Source of the DNA: Candidatus Daviesbacteria bacterium
GTDB lineage: Bacteria > Patescibacteriota > Microgenomatia > Daviesbacterales > UBA10151
Reading direction: 5' to 3'
Length of the DNA: 57,937 nucleotides
Assembly (NCBI GenBank): GCA_021731695.1
Contig: JAKFWZ010000053.1
Location: 1-57,937 of the forward strand
Part shown: positions 57,294-57,937 of the stretch, piece after piece
How the letters are laid out: every line of letters begins with the position of its first letter
Numbering within the stretch: the stretch's first letter is position 1
Translations under genes and position numbers: made by a program
The notes under the pieces: model-generated
Database searches by the model: none
The model's input: the letters and a program-made list of their open reading frames with translations, nothing else
What the model was told of the DNA's origin: nothing

Positions 57294-57421
57294 GACCAAG
57301 AAACAAGTTACAAGATACAAACAATAACCAATATCTAATATTCAAAATTCAAAATAATTTGGTTATTAAGATTTTTGTATGTGATTTGTTTGTTTCTTGT
57401 AGCTTGTATCTTGTTTCTTGG
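57294..57421. repeat. Long degenerate 7-mer hairpin
   Basis: ccaagaaacaag... / ...cttgtttcttgg; same family as 22614-22740. Confidence 0.7.
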
Positions 57422-57425
57422 AAAC

Positions 57426-57937
57426 TTATCTCTTTACAGCAGGTGGAGTAGCTACATTAGGCTGGTTTTGCAGCTGATCTAAAGGAACCTGAGGCAGGCT
57501 GTCATTTTGCAAAGCTCCCTGCTGCTGTCCGGCTGGTGCCTGAATTTCGGAATTTTGTGCACTTCCTGTGGCAATTCTGGCTTTCAGATCTTTTAAGTAA
57601 TCAGCTGCGACTTGATAATCAGGATTGCTGGTGTCTGTTTGTAATAATTGAACTGTTTTTTCTGCAATTGTTTCAGCTTCTTTTAAATTGCCGCGATCTC
57701 TCAAAGCGATCGAAAGATTGTAATATGCATTTGCATAATCAGGCTTTAAATTAACAGCATCATCAAAGAAGCGGATTGCCATATCATAATTTTTAATCGA
57801 ATAATAAAGCCCGCCAACGTTAAGTCTGAGTAACGGATTATATGGGTCAAGGGCTATTGCTCTTCCGTAACCATCAAGAGAGAACTGTAAAGCACTTTCT
57901 GCAACTCCGGTGATTTGTCTATAAATTGAAGCTAATA
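57426..57937 (-). CDS. TPR-containing protein, C-terminal part (runs off window)
   Basis: 'YGRAIALDPYNPLLRLNVGG', 'AVNLKPDYANAYYNL' TPRs. Confidence 0.75.
   Translation of the reverse strand, partial: LASIYRQITGVAESALQFSLDGYGRAIALDPYNPLLRLNVGGLYYSIKNYDMAIRFFDDAVNLKPDYANAYYNLSIALRDRGNLKEAETIAEKTVQLLQTDTSNPDYQVAADYLKDLKARIATGSAQNSEIQAPAGQQQGALQNDSLPQVPLDQLQNQPNVATPPAVKR

Overview
Chromosomal segment that looks like a CPR/Patescibacteria (Microgenomates-like) genome. This taxonomy is inferred from gene style: short 4-domain S1, many Pro/Thr/Ser-rich surface proteins, leaderless-looking genes and characteristic small palindromes. Housekeeping flanks (pilin-LamG, rpsA, radA on the left; PIN-TRAM, rho, LysM-M23, class A serine hydrolase, tRNA-Ala(GGC) on the right) enclose a ~33 kb, mostly minus-strand locus (11.0-44.0 kb). 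The locus combines tatC and three tatA paralogs (one missed by the ORF track), a 1731-aa Ser/Pro-repeat protein, three paralogous fibre-like proteins and a membrane protein with an internal Tat-like motif. It also holds about 20 glycan synthesis/decoration genes (glycosyltransferases, seven methyltransferases, carbamoyltransferase, amidotransferase) and MerR/Xis-type regulators. I propose it is a Tat-coupled surface glycoprotein system, analogous to accessory-Sec serine-rich-repeat loci. A layer of tiny mobile or repeated DNA is superimposed: GIY-YIG mini-elements with terminal inverted repeats that sit on start codons and regenerate them, related MITEs, four-helix-bundle genes flanked by inverted 7-/9-mer arrays with orphan copies elsewhere, and several palindromic elements inserted in frame inside proteins (RadA, Rho, an amidotransferase, a toxin). 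All calls are by eye from motifs; no database searches were run.
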